Positions 11,616 to 25,924 are shown, counted from the first letter of the whole stretch. The stretch is DNA of 57,671 nt, filler included, from Sphacelaria rigidula (GCA_964200075.2; 6 parts of 6 records of this genome joined end to end with filler, not necessarily neighbours in it), one strand, 5' to 3'. Notes: generated by a model from the letters alone, not told the origin. Numbers and translations are program-made.

Positions 11616-13900
11616 ATATATATATGTATATATTCGTGGCCTCCCGGGAAGGTTGTGCGTTGTGATGATAGAAATATTGTGTCAATATTTCAGCGCCCAA
11701 CGCTTCAGATTACCCATCACTCGGCCCGGATACATTCGCAAATCACTGTCAGCTGGCCCAGCTCGTACGGTATTTTTTTGGCCTTGTTTGTTTGCCATGA
11801 GAACTGACCTTGGACGTGGAGGGGTCCCGGCGTCGCTGACGACAGTATGCTTGTGTTTGAACGCTATGTTTTGGGCAGCGACCTCGCGCGCCACCGCAAC
11901 TATAACGGCATGCACCTGCTTGAATTTTCTTCTCTGCTGACGGGCAACGTTGTTGTTTCCATGAAAGAGGGTGGGAGAATATATTTACGACTACGAACAC
12001 AATTAAACGCGGCGCAATTGCTGCCGGCTCCTTTTGGATACCGATTTTCTTTGTACTCAGGAGTATCTGATGCGCTTTTCCACCGCATCTCATGTGTCCT
12101 AACACCCCCCACCGAGATGGTAATATCTCAATACACACAGCAGCTGCTAAGGCAAATCAAACTGCTCTGTGTAGCTAAGATGCATCCCTATCAGCCCTCC
12201 ACGTTACGGCCGCGCGTATCCTTGCCGTGGATGAAAATGTTGATGTATAGTAAGGTTATTCTTTCGCGATTTCCCCACGATCCCGAGAACTAATTAGCGC
12301 GAGTTGGATGTTAAACGATGGCTATTAGCAATGACTACTCGCCTCTTCAGTTTCAGCGGGCTGCCAGTCGTGCAGCGCGAGTAATCTGCGATCGCGTGTA
12401 GGTCGGCCATATTGGAAAATGGCTTGTGGGCTTGTACAGATTTCCGTAGCCTTTTTCCCGGTTATCCGTCGATCGTTCGTGTGCTGGGGTGGATGGAATT
12501 GAACCGTACTTCGACGGAGGGGTAGTGTAGGATAGGTATTACAGCTGTGCATCAGCATAGTTGTCATTTTTCTGCCTTTTCGACTTATTTCACTTCACTA
12601 AGTCGCATTTTGGGGGTGGTGGTGAAAAACGTGACACTAAACTGGGCGTAACACTGTCGATCGCGTGTCCGAGGGGAATGTTGGAAAATGACGTTTTTCG
12701 ATTGTACAAATAGTAACAACTCTTTTCAGGGGTACAGGTATCCGTCGCAAGTTCGTGCGTGGTACCCGGTGCAATTGAGTCAAACTTCGTTGAGGATATA
12801 GCTGCAGACATTTCCTACAGCTCTTTATCAACATTTTTGCGGTGCTGTGCTCTCTCCACTTCTGAGACCCCGTGGAGTCCTCAGTTTCGGGGTGGTGGTG
12901 AAGAACGTGACACTAAATTGGGCGTAGCACTGTTGTTGTATGCATGCAACTCCCCCGGGGCATTGCGTTAGGCGAGTAACTACGCACATGGTATCTTCCT
13001 GTAGCTGTTTCTGCATACATGAGGGATCAGAGAACCAACAAAAGCAGCGGTGTAATGTACCATGGTCTGGTCTTCACTTAAGGCCTTGTCAAAACAGCAG
13101 GCAATATTGGCCCTGTTGGCCACTTGCATGAATGATGCGGTACAACACACAGTGAGAAATACTATACACAAACACGTTTTATTTTTTTTGTGTAGGCACA
13201 ACTCGCCCAAGAGCCAATCCCTGGGCAAAATCAAATGTACATACCACACTCTTAACAAGAAGGGCAGCAACTAGAATAAAAATTTTCATACATACGTGAC
13301 TTTGCGCCTGCTGGGGCATGCTGTTCCAGAGATGCGGCGTGGCTGCTATTTGCCCCTCGGAAAACGTCGAAAGCGCTGCTGCCTTGAGGCGGAAGAAAGT
13401 AAATTAACGAATGAACAGGAGCAAACTTCTTTTCCTCCCGGTATGGTCATTATCCACCATCTCGGGTTTATTTCGAGTCACACAAAGTCACACGTGTACC
13501 TTATGTCCTTGTAATGGGCTGGTTTCTTTCATCCTTCTCCTCTTCCCTTGTTGAGGGCCCCCAATTCGACGATGATATGTTTCTACTGGTAAAATCGTAT
13601 TATCACCACTTATGCGTATTCCCATTTGCTTCACTGGTATACAGTATACCGTTACGCGGCTTCGTTGCCACCCGAGTTTTTACCATGCTGATTGGTATTA
13701 TATTTGCGGCATGCGTGAGAGAGTATACTTGCATCTACGGATCACCACCGAAACGATGCATCCCCTGCCTAAGGAGTTTTTCCAAAAAAAAGTTGGTTGG
13801 CCGGAGATGTTGTTTTTGTTGACCGCAGGTCTGACCACGACTTTAAACATCAAAGTGGAAGACAAAAGTCATCGAGAGCAAAAAAAACAACAGAGGTCAT

Positions 13901-15122
13901 CAGGCACCGAGGTCATGGGTCGTTATATAATAATTAAACTAAAATCATCGTTTTTTTCGTTGTTTCCCATGATTCTCGAACGGATTTAACCCTGGATTTC
14001 CGTGTTGATGGACACACGTGCGCTACTGAAGCCCTATGTGCCGCAGAGAGGCGGCGGGCCCGTGGGTACGGGGCAAATTATATAACGCATACACTAATTT
14101 CAAGTAATTTTATTCAAATTATTACCAGTCCCTCTACATGATATAACGCATTATATAACGCAAACTTGATTTTAGTATAGACTCCGTTACACTCGTGATC
14201 ACGGGCCTTGTGGTCCCCGCAGCCACTGCAGCCACAGCAGCCACAGTACAGGACTGTACTGTGCTGCGGAAAGATGGTATCCAGGACACCAACGGCCCCA
14301 CAAGGAGTGCTTTGTCTTTCTCTATACGGGTTGGTGTCCCCAACGTTTGCTACGAGCGTCGTCGTGCCTGCGGTATCGTTGCGGTGGCGGGCTTCGGGGC
14401 GTTGCAAGCTTTTCCCTCCCGCACCCTGCACGGCTTTGGATACGGGGCAGGCGGTGCTATCGTTGTCGTTGTGCGTTGTTTCATGCTCTCTGAGGGCATT
14501 ACTCCAGAAAAGGACTGTATCGGCATTAATGCTGCTACTGTAGCTCTCTGCTGTTGGCTGTCGTGCTTTTGTTCGGGATGGCTCGTGTTGAGCTGTGCCG
14601 TACAGACAGTACTCACGCGATGCCGACCGCCTGGCCACGGTTGGCGCATCTTGCGGTAAAGATACGGTTGGTACCGCGACAGAAATTGTTTGGAGATGCG
14701 ATGGTGAAGACGACCAAACACTCTTACACATAGGACATCAGACAGCTAACGCAAACATGCATCCCTCTTGCATGCGTGATCCTGTGTGCCAGAGCACCAC
14801 CCTCCTTCGAAGGTATGCCGTATAAGCTCGTTTCATGATGACATGGTGCCTGTGAAAATACCATCGATGTACTGAACTGTTCTGGGCTGTAGCCAGCTAG
14901 CGGAGGGAAATGAAGTCCAGACCGGGCCTGGACAGAAAAAAACCCCCAAACAATTCAATTTTATTGCCCTCTCTGCGGCATATAGGGCTTCAGTAGCGCA
15001 TGTGTGTCCATCAACACGGAAATTCAGGGTCAAACCCGTTCGAGAATCATGGAAAACAACGAAAAAAACGATGATTTTAGTTTAACTATTATACAACCAC
15101 CCGTACCCATGACCTCGGTGCC
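13901..15122. mobile_element. Non-autonomous DNA transposon with about 150-bp TIRs
   Basis: 13901-14052 and 14966-15122 are inverted repeats (GGCACCGAGGTCATGGGT ... ACCCATGACCTCGGTGCC). GGTCAT flanks both ends. No transposase ORF is present. Confidence 0.75.
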
Positions 15123-17689
15123 GGTCATAAGAGAAGAGCACCACCCATCCCCGCAGAATAATACACAGCAGCAATCTGCTTTGCACATAGAGAACCCCGT
15201 CACCAGTCACTTCAGCGCTAGTTGCTACTTGCCATCGCGTGCCTGGGGACTTTCGTTCGTGTCGCCTGTGAAGTTTTGGGTGTCGCAGTGACCCAAAACT
15301 ATATATATTGACACGACGCGGTTGTGCTGCACAAAAATACGATACACGTTTTTCGAACCCCCACGGCACAACGATCTTTCGAAGGGTTTCTGTCAACGCT
15401 TGTTCGGGCGCGCGCACCGTCTTCGTGGCGGCCGTTGATCAGTCCACGGCATCAATCGAGCTAAATCAGAGCCAGGCAAACAAGGAGGGCGGGGACACGA
15501 CAGCAGCTGACACGGTGCGTGGTTCATTGCTGTGAGTATAGTTTGACAGGGTAACGTTCGTGTAGGTTCCCATCCACAGCTTTTTTCGACGTCCCTAGCC
15601 TGTCGTAGTACAGTATCACAACAAGAGCAAGCCGGCAGCTGGTGTTTTTTGCCAACGCGCTTGACGAGTCATGCCGTCTGAGTGTCTTCACGATACACTG
15701 CTTGTTGTCACCGCTGGGCGCGATGACACATGGACGATGGCAGCGAGGCTAGTGGCTGCACTGCCTGCGCCGCAGTCTGTACTTGTGACACGTCGGCCCG
15801 CGACTCTGCAATTTGTTAAAACCTATGTTGTCCATCATCACCCCAGTTTTGGGGTGTTACCTACCAGTAATTTATTACCTAATCAGCTTTTGGTCTTACT
15901 CACCAGTAATTACCGCAGGCGAAAGGGGACAATTATGTCCCGTCCCCCGGGTTTCATACAGTGTTTGGTGCTGTGAGGTTTCGCACCCTGATCGTTTTGT
16001 CTCTGCTGGTGAAGCAGGCTCCAGATGTCCTGTATGTGCTCATGCTCCGGTGGTACTACCGCTGCTGCTGTATGCCTGTCTGCGCCTACTCGTCTTCTTA
16101 CATTCTTTGTTTCCGTTTTTCGTGCTATTGGAAAGAAAGAACGAGCCTGAAGCATGTGGGCCTACTGCTGTATTCTGCCTTATGCGCACTGCACGAAAGG
16201 CTAGTGCCTCGAAAACGGAGCGTGCTTCGTTTTGTTTATGTTTTCACCTCTCATTTGAATATTTTTCATGTTACTTGTATTCATGAGAAGGATAGTGCAA
16301 TATACGCAAACACACACACACCAAGAACAACAGGGAAATTACCCCATTTGTACAAGATTTGTAGGTGTTACCTACCCCAAACAAATGTTACTGGGAGTGG
16401 GTAGTGGACATCCCTGTTTAAAACCACGCATCGCTGAGAATCCACATTTTGATTGGCGTGAACGGGATCCGTGGAGAATGGGCGCAACTCCAGACACACG
16501 CTACATAGATTTTTACTAGGAGTCATGAGGTACAGAGTGTGCCCTACTTGTCCAGTGTGCAGTGTGCTTCTCCGCCTGAAGTATATCTGGGTGTTCCAAC
16601 GATGGACAACTGTTGCTGAGCGTGCGGCATCGGTGGCCTTGCCACGCTTCCCGTTTTCTCACCATGGTGTACTGCAGCTCAACTACTTGCTATAGAGTTT
16701 GTGCTTTGGGGGCTTCTTGATGATCGACATGCTATGACCGTGACATTGTTTTTCCAAATCCCGAGATGCACTGCGCGATTGGGTTGTGTTCGTATCTCCG
16801 GCAACTACATACAGTAGATGTACTGAAATGATGCACGGTCATACCGCTGGTGCCCGCTGTGCTATGTGTTGTGTGTGTCACCAGTAGTGCAACCTCAATT
16901 TCTGGTGGCTCGTGTATTTGAGCACCCGGTGGAGCAATGACCCTTGGGGTGAAGTGCTGCGTTAACAAACGCACACAGGTTGTTCTGCGGCGCTTCCGCT
17001 GCGTCGTGTCTTTTCGTCGATTTTTTTGTACGTCCTGTGCTGAATTTCACTGTGCACCACAGCTATTTCATCTTCGAGGCAGATTCAAACCTTGGAAGAG
17101 TACATGCGTATGGACGCTGCAAAATACTTAATCATGCTTTCAATTTCAATACGTGGTGTGTGCGGCTCTATTATAGAAGATACACTCGGAGATCGACATC
17201 GGGAGCGTCAGATGAACATTTCAGTGCAAATCGTGGGCAGTCTGTGGTATAACCGTTGCTACTGCATGACTTTTATCACCAGATAGATGTGGCGGATGTG
17301 GTACCGCGAATAGAGATACAGTACTCTCCCTGTACGCTGCTGTACTGTACTGTTACCGTTCAAGACTGTGTGCTGATGTTGTATGCTGGGTAGACGACCA
17401 CGTGTACGGTATACTCCACCGCACAAAATAATGTTTTCGAAAATGAAGTTGAACAATATACTGTAATGAGGTTCAACTCCAAAACAGGGCTTTCCCCGAT
17501 CCAAAGTTATGGCAAATGGTCTCCATATGGACGACCTCATGCCCCTCAACCTCCCGGAAAGTGTGTTTGGGGGTCTCCCGTCTTCCGTTCCCTCAGACGG
17601 TATATTATGGGAAAGCACCTTTTTGCTTCGATTTCGAGGTGAAAGAAGGGACAGTTTTCAGTCTGAGAATGATGATGTTGCACAACATA

Positions 17690-18570
17690 ACTGTAAAAAC
17701 ACAGGATCTTACAAATTGAGGATGCATCTTCTATTGGGGATGAGAAACCCAGAGAATTAAAATCTTCCTATCCACACCAACTCTTCGAAATATGGTTCCA
17801 TTTCTTCAACTATTGATAGCTATTGACAACTGCCACACGCCATAGAGATTTGAGTTCCGACCATCGACACGTTGGGGTCCTAGGTCGAAAACCAATTTCG
17901 GAACCATTTTGGCGTCCGTTCGGACACCCGGAATTCCCAAAAATTGGTTTTTCACCTAGGGCCCCAGTTTTTCGGTAACCGAAATCCAAATTGATATGGC
18001 CTGTAGTAGTTGTCAAAAGCTATCAGTGGGTGAAGAAATGGAACCATGTTTCGAAGATTTGGTGTGGATAGAAAGATTTTAATTCTCCGGGTTTCTCATC
18101 CCCAATAAAATATCCATCCCCGATTTGTAAGATTCCGTGTCTGAACCATTTTGGGGAAAAGAAGACGGGAAACCCCAAGGGTCTGCCAAGATTATATTTC
18201 GGGACACGTAAGCCCCAACATCGAAACATCATGTTTTAGGGAGGGGCGGGTAGAGGAAGGGGGGGGGGCTGCTTGGTTGTTCACCTCGGAACCAAACGTT
18301 TCGGTTATCGAAATCCAAATTAATATGGCTTGTAGCAGTTGTCAAAAGCTATCAGTGGGTGAAGAAATGGAACCATGTTTCGAAGATTTGGTGTGGATAC
18401 GAGGGTTTTAATTCTCAGGGTTTCTCATCCCCAATATATCCATCCTCAATTTGTAAGATCCCGTGTTTAAACCATATCGGGGAAAAGAAGACGGGAAACC
18501 CCAAGGGTCTGTCAAAAAAATGTTTCGGGACACGTAGGCCCCAACATCGAAACATCATTTTTTTTGGGGG
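17690..18570. repeat. Mixed inverted and tandem repeat (period about 330 bp)
   Basis: 17985-18240 recurs directly at about 18315-18560. The segment 17690-17840 is the reverse complement of part of the unit. Confidence 0.75.
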
Positions 18571-18669
18571 GGGTAGGGGGGGGGCTGCTGTGCTGTTGTG
18601 TTGTGTTGTCGTGTCATTTATTCTGAGCACCAGTCTACACCTTTCGGTATAATATGTGGGTGCATCACC

Positions 18670-18931
18670 CGGGTTCACACAGGAGGAAGGTCAACATAGG
18701 AGCTTTTTCTTTTCTATTTCTTTTTAATACCCCACCTTCCTTCTTCTGCGGTGCTTGCCATCGCGAGAGGGGTTCAGCAGTCCCTTTCCCTCGTCGACCG
18801 TTAAGTCGAATTTTGTGTACCCACGACACAGTCGCTCTCCACTGTTGGGCATNNNNNNNNNGGGAATCGAACCCCCCTACTCAACCATCACTAGGTTACG
18901 AGGTTACCAACTGAGCCACCAGGGCGACCGG
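18670..18931 (-). mobile_element. tRNA-derived SINE, copy 2 (contains a short N gap)
   Basis: Minus-strand head CCGGTCGCCCTGGTGGCTCAGTTGG ... GGTTCGATTCCC (A and B boxes). The body matches 536-827. Confidence 0.75.
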
Positions 18932-19158
18932 CTTCTGCCGTCCCCTAGCTTATTGTGGAGGCGTTAGCGAATGCGGTCAGCTGCTGTGTACAGAGATTCT
19001 TGGCATGGGGACTGCTGATATGATGGGCACACCACCCCTCTGAGCTCATCACCTACCATGATTACATTTATGGGATCATGTTCCGTATCGTGGGCCCCGA
19101 CTACTTACCACAAGTCCAGGCAAATTTTGCGAGGCGTGGGATAATCTTACTACTTTGG

Positions 19159-19258
19159 NNNNNNNNNNNNNNNNNNNNNNNNNNNNNNNNNNNNNNNNNN
19201 NNTTAATTAATTAANNNNNNNNNNNNNNNNNNNNNNNNNNNNNNNNNNNNNNNNNNNN
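19159..19258. other. Artificial contig spacer
   Basis: N-TTAATTAATTAA-N, 100 nt. Confidence 0.97.
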
Positions 19259-19724
19259 CGAAAGGTGTAGACTGGCGTCCAGAACAGATGAGACGACAGC
19301 ACAAACATCGACACAACAAATACAGACGTTGCTCAGCCAAGGCTCGACGTACCCCCACCAACTGCCGTGCAGCCGTAGCATAGACTGACAACTTGTACAC
19401 AAGCCTGGCACAAGCCGGGAAAAGCCGTTCATGCACATGCTGTACAGTACAGTACCTACTGTCGTCATTATCCACCTGATCAGGGGGGTACCTACCCCTC
19501 CAAAATGCGGTACCCCCCCCGCCCGTCGCCCAGAATGAGGTTTTCGGGAATCGGGGGAGTGAATAACGTATTCCAGTCTGTAAGGCCTCTTGCTAGTTTC
19601 ACCATATTTCAGGCCTTGGCGTATGACCATCTCCAATTGACGCCGTGGGTAATGAATCATAATTCCAGTACAATGCCTCCATAGTATCCAAAAGGAATCA
19701 CACGCGGCCATTTGGCTCACCTCT

Positions 19725-20430
19725 TCGCCCCTCTAGAATGGTATTTTTTTTCGCCCTCTGGAGGAAGGACAACCCCCCTGTTTCGCCCAGAGGGCATCCA
19801 CGGAATCCCTCTGGAGGGACGGCGAGCATCCGAATGATAAATTTCACTGCCTTCTGGAGGGACGACTTCCCCCCTGTACCATCCAGAGGGCAGTCACGGA
19901 GTCCCTCTGGAGGGATGAATTCACCCCTGTACCATCTAGAGGGCATCCACGGAATCCCTCTAGAGGGACGACTTGCACCCTGTACCGTCCCGAGGGCATT
20001 CACGGAGTCCCTCTGAAGGGACGGAGAGCCTCCACAATGGCAGGCTTTGCTGCCCTCTGGAGGGAAGACATCCCCCCTGTTCCCTAAGGAGGGTATTTTC
20101 GGAGTCACTTTAGAGAGACGACGAGAATCCAGAATTGTCAGTGTCGCCCCCCTCCAAGGGGAGGACACCACCCCTGTTTCCTCCAAATGGTATCCACGAA
20201 ATCACTCTGGAGGGACGGAGCGAAAAAGGCGAACCTCCAGGCGGGTAGGTTACGCTGTCCTCTGGAGGGACGGGATCACTTCCAGTTCCCTCTAGAGATA
20301 AAGAACAAACATCCCTCTAGAAGGGCGAGGGGTGGACAATACTCTGGAGGCGAAAGGGAAGCCAAGACTCTAGCGGGATGTCGACCCCTACATCCCGTAG
20401 GAGGCGGAGGGCATGAGCAAACCCTCCACA
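19725..20430. repeat. Degenerate minisatellite built on the palindrome CCCTCT(A/G)GAGGG
   Basis: More than ten copies of ccctctggaggga / ccctctagaggg. The ORFs over it are repeat artefacts. Confidence 0.8.
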
Positions 20431-21364
20431 GGAGTTGAGGGCACCCCGCAGAGGCCAATGACATGATCTTAGATCCTCTGCGCGGTTATATGACCCCCTG
20501 ACACAACAGGAGGGACATATTAATGTAATTTGTTCTTATGAGATTGAGAGTGGAGGATACGATTGATAGTGAGAAGCGGTCAATTACTGAATGATTCGTT
20601 TCAATTCCGAAATGTCCCTATATGATGCCCGATACGCTTTATCGTGTAGTAGATTGCCACTGAAGCCCTTGCGATACCACGGAGTAGGATATCGACGTGT
20701 AGCTGGAAGCACACCCCAGTGCTACCAGCAAAGAAAAGCCCACACCAACTGAAACATCGGTGAAGCTACAGCGAATGATAAAACCCACTTTCGATCAACG
20801 ATCTCTCAATCTCACGAGGACATAATCACACTATTGTCCACCGACTGAATACTTGTGGACACGAGCCCATGGGCTCGAGAGCCCGCCTCCACAAGATGGA
20901 ATGCGGCGCCACCCACCCACAATTCGATGATTTGCTTTCTATGTAGAGAGACAACAAGTATTCAGAACCTGTATACCCCAAGAAAAAAGAAACACAACAC
21001 CTTCAACAAGACAAGTGCTGCCGTGCAACGTTGGCAAACAAGGGATACACCCAGAAGACCAGCGCCACTCATGAAATGACTCATTCGAACATACGCGTTG
21101 CCCCTATCCCGACAAAGGTCAGACCGAAACCTGCTGACCATCGCAATGAGCTCAAGTCTCCAGGCGCTCATGTCGGTACGCGCGCATCAAAGTCCGTGCG
21201 GCATTGAAAACCCGGACAATGACTTCCGTCATGCTGAGAGTGAAAAGAAAAGCATACGCCAGTCTTGCCCCCCCTCTCCCCGTCATTTTTTTCCCGTTTC
21301 CATCTCCAGGCAACCTTCCGCCTCAGGCCGCTCCCTATCACAGACAACAAAAACAAAACAGGAA

Positions 21365-21760
21365 AAATGCCTTCTTGGAGCTTCGACGTCGGTTTACTCT
21401 CCTAAAGAGAGCTAGGCGGAGTTTGACACCTTGGAATGACTTGCTCTACTAGTTGAGTCGATTCCAGGATATCTCCCCGTTCTCCCGTGGCCGCAGTTCT
21501 TATTTTGGTCGAAGGAAATTTCTTGTCCAACAACGGTCAAGTTCAGAAAGAAGTGCCGATTCTTTCGAGATTTGACTGTTTTTGACCGTTCTTGGACATA
21601 AATTATTGTTGAGTCGAAAGAAAACCGGCGGCCACCGGAAAACGGGAAGATATCTTGGATCCGCCTCGACGAGTAGAGCAAGTCACTCCAAGGTATCAAA
21701 CTCCGCCTGGCTCTCTTTTAGCGCGTAAAACGACGTAAAAAAGAGCTCCAAAAGGGCACT
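21365..21760. mobile_element. Foldback repeat, family shared with 25925-26300 and 46085-47138
   Basis: gagctaggcggagtttgacaccttggaatgacttgctctact pairs with agtagagcaagtcactccaaggtatcaaactccgcctggctc. Confidence 0.75.
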
Positions 21761-24700
21761 TCTTCATATATTATTTTTGTCTGTACCACGGAAGGCGTCC
21801 GCATAAGATGCCCAGTACCAATGTACCGCGCAGATATCGGAACGGTTTTTGATGTGAAGACAACAACAACAACAACAACAACAACTGTAAATTTGTAAGC
21901 AGTAGCCTCACAATATAAATTTCCACGACGGAAGGGCTGTCACAAAAAAAAGTATTCTGCGGCGAGGCCGCCGTTTACGTCTACCCAGCAAACTCGACTA
22001 TGCGCGTCTTTCGTCAACAGGACCCCTGTGCTGGCCGTCTCCCTCGCCGGCGTACCCGCCGTTCTCTAAGTTCACCTCGTCGCCCGAGTTAGCTTCGTCG
22101 ACGATGTCCTTTGCGTTCTGTTTGTCGCCATCGCCGCTCTCTTCGTCAGTCTTGTCGTCACCCGACCCGTCATCTGAGGGCACGTGCATGCATCGAAGGC
22201 ACAGTGACGAGAGATATTGATGACATGTTCGAATGGTATCATGAGAGCTCCCCCCCCAATAATGTGCCCCATATTGCGACGGTGTGTTCAAACGCCTGAT
22301 CGTTCACCGTTTGTTGTTATAGAGGGCGCTACAACTTCTCGGAAGGCGGCAATTCTACTGCTTTTGAAAGCTGTTTATGGGAGCTACGCACTAATATGAA
22401 AATATGAAAAGTATACAGCATCTACGAGCCCTTTTCGGCTCTGTAAGAAGTGACGACGCCAAGAAATTAGCCTAGAACACACTGAAACCCGCAGACGAGG
22501 TCTTTCATCTTCATCAATGGCATCTGCGCCAAACGGCAAGGATTATCCCGTACGTTTATTTGCCGGCAGTCGGGTAGGAGATATTATTTCGCCTATTTAT
22601 TACGATCACCCTGTGCGCGGGGGAACAAAAGATAATGGGAGATATTTGATATTTTCGCCACCACTACACCGGAGGGGGGGGGGGGGTACTCATTTGTTGC
22701 TTGCCTCAGTCATTTGACCATTGGCCACGCATCCCTTTCGAGACGGAGCATACACCGGGGGGGAAGGGGAGGGGGAGCTACTCGGTACTCATGCAAAAAT
22801 AACTGACAACAAACAAGAAACCTTCGCTGAAAAGACCATTGCCCAAAAGTTTACAGGAGCAAATATTCATGAGGAAAAGGTGTAGGGGGAAACAATTAGA
22901 CCCCGCGCGCTTATGCTGAACATTATACAAGAGGCACCGGAAACATTCGCCTGCCACAGATCGTATTGCCTTAAATGGTGGGGGGGGTCGACATTACAGA
23001 AGCGGTCGACAGAGGAACCTTGACGGGAGAGGGAAATCGAGAGCAGCAAAGAGCACCGGAAAGTGACCCCAAGGCAGAGAAGAAACACCACAACACGAGG
23101 GCAGCTGCCGCTCTGCCCACCCCCCAAACTACCGCACGTCATACAGCACCTCTGCGCTGTGAGGGGTTCTAGGCAAGCGCTTTTGAGGCATTCCCTCTCT
23201 TTCCTCCTGCTGATCTCGTGATCCGTCCGCATGCTCTGCGAGGGCAAACAATTGCACTGAAACGCGCAACCGCATGTACTACTGAAGACAAATATATATA
23301 TATATGTACGCGGGAAAAACTGTTGCTACTGTACTTGCGCACATCACGCCACGCGAGGGATTGAAAATGAAGATGAAGTAAACCCGTGTTCCATACCAAC
23401 CATAGAAGACCGTCCCTACACGCCCCAAGACGCACGCATCGTCGACTGCGGGATAACGGTAACCTCAGCTAAAGCGTTTGATGAAATACTCACCTGTCAC
23501 GTGGGACAGGATGCTTGCACGGCGTGGACTCTCGTCACGACGTCAGCGTCCATGGCAAGGAGGAACGCCACTAGGCGACTCTCCACGTACACGGAGGCGC
23601 AGGACGAGTCCCACATTCCGGTTGGACAATACCCCCATCCGACTTTTTCCCGCTAGGAATTGATGACTCTCCGTGTACATGACGCCGCTTCACATCCTCA
23701 GTATGTCCGAAACAGTAAAAACAAGGTGCGGAAAGATGGAACCAGGGCGATTATGATCGGGGGTCCATTTTCCCATACTTTGAAGACAAATTATACAGAA
23801 CCGGAAATCTACGACGACACGTCTAAACTTTTCCGACTACCTAGAGGCGGCAAAAACCGTCCGAGGCTCACTTTTAGCACAGTGTGACAACAAATCCTAA
23901 TTCCTGGAAACATTGGACAGGTTTCACCCCGGTCGGGCTCCGGAGCACTGTGTACCCCGTAGATGCGTGGCAGAGTTGCAACGTTGGTAGGTGCTGAGCT
24001 TTGCAATTTGGCATCAGAGCATCGGGGGAAAAGAAGTAAAAGTATCATCTTCCTTTTGACGCTTTAGTTGATGATTCGAGACGGGATCGTGATGCCATAC
24101 GACGGTACATTTACCGTGGTGAATATTTTTCCCTCTACATGGTACCACTTTTGGCAGAGACCGCAAGCGCGAACATAGCGGTAATGTTTCGGTGGTATCG
24201 CAACATGGCGGGCGGCTTATCAGCGATACACAGGTGTTTTTCAGTGTGACGTTAACGTGAGCGGTAAACTCAAACGTGGCGGTCATTTTGCGATGGTAAG
24301 CGGTTTTCAACTTTCGACCGTACCATAAGTAGCGAAGGAAATTCCGCAGGTGTGTTGGGTTGGGTTAATTCCCGGGTGTTCCCTGTCCCGACGTTTGTGT
24401 TGCGATGGTCCGTTCTCCAAACTCTCTCCAACGTCTGCATTTGCCAATATTCGTCTGGGGCAGAGTAAGGTACGATCGTTATACTCTGCCCAATATCTGC
24501 GTTGCTGAGTACGATCTCATTAGTTTACCCGAGGTTTGGGTACTTGTAATATGATTTTTTTAAATAGCCAAATGCAAGAAAAATCATCAAAACTGCACAA
24601 GCGCAACAGCACCACCTTCCAAGCTATGTTTGGGAACACACGCACAATATGCAGCTCAAAACAATCGGAGTATCATCATTAGTTATGATGAAATAAAACA

Positions 24701-25924
24701 ACCAAGTACTTTACCACAAACGACAACCCTTCAACAATTTCCTTACCTGCCCCAACCGAAATATTCCGCGCCGTTCGAAGAAATTCAACCGTCAAATCAA
24801 CACTGCAGATTGACGCACAACCCAAACCGAAACACGAAAATTGTAGATGCATATTGCAACCGGGAATTGTCATGAAGACAAACAGCATCGATCTTTCGAT
24901 GTTTGGATTTTTGGATAACGGGTCTGATCGGAGGGTCAGATATAGTGTGTACACCTATAAAAGGGTATCATTAGAGCCTGAGACAGCACATGGAAGTCAC
25001 TGCTGAGCTCCCCAGGAAAGAGCATCTGACTGTTGCCTGATTGGTGAGACATAAGCGTGGAAAAGCATTGAGCAAGAAGAAAGTGAGCAAGACAAAGAGC
25101 ATATCTTAAACAAGAGCCTTGAGTCAAGTAGTTATTAACCTATTGTGCGTGAACCCGTCACGAGTTGTATCCCAGACAAGTGATTGCACTGTTGTGCTTA
25201 GTGTGTTCCTGCACTACAGTGAGGGTTTCTGTGATAAAGCCTTACAGCTTCGTGACAGAATGAACGTGCACGTGGGCATTGGTCAGCACAGAACCTCTCT
25301 TAATACAGTGCACATCCCCTGGCTGAAGAGTACAATGAGTATTGAATGCTCGGGATCGAACCTGTGCGGGAGGGGGTGTCAACGGGGGTAAGTGGGTGGT
25401 ATGGAATTACTCTCAATTAAACATCAACACGCTTTGCTGCACAACACATCGCCCGAGCGAAACACAGGCAAACAATGGCCGCCCGAAAGCGGTTGTGAGG
25501 TCATCATCGCTCCTCATGTCCTTTTACGTATCTTCTCTATACATACGCTCCTTTTCTTGTTCTTCGGCCTTTTTTGGGAGGGGAGAATTTTTGGCAATCT
25601 TTCGTCGGGATTTTTGGACCTTTTCTTTTCGTTTTTGACTCTTTTTTCCGCTTCAATTTATCTTCGACTTCAACTAGGCCACATAAGGAGCCATTCTTCG
25701 GCTACAACAAAAAAAAAGCTTTTTCGGCTGAAGCCTACGAAACACAGGCCTGAACAAAGCAGAGGGGAGCAACAACATTCACATCTGGAGACACAACGAG
25801 GGGTGAGGGGTAGGGGGTAGGGGGTCTGGCCTCGCAGAGGTGGGGTTCTGAAACAAAAATACTTCAAGGCAGGAGAATTGGCTTGCTGAGTCCGCTGATC
25901 ACAGCAAAACTACAAAACTGAAAG

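Noticed and set aside
15384..15514. Possible + strand exon (ttcgaag ... ACG|gtgcgt)
   Set aside because: Splice signals are plausible and one frame is open, but the peptide is unrecognisable and no partner exon was found.
21998..22291. Acidic low-complexity ORF on -
   Set aside because: No family motif or clear splice context. It could be an exon or TE remnant but cannot be supported.
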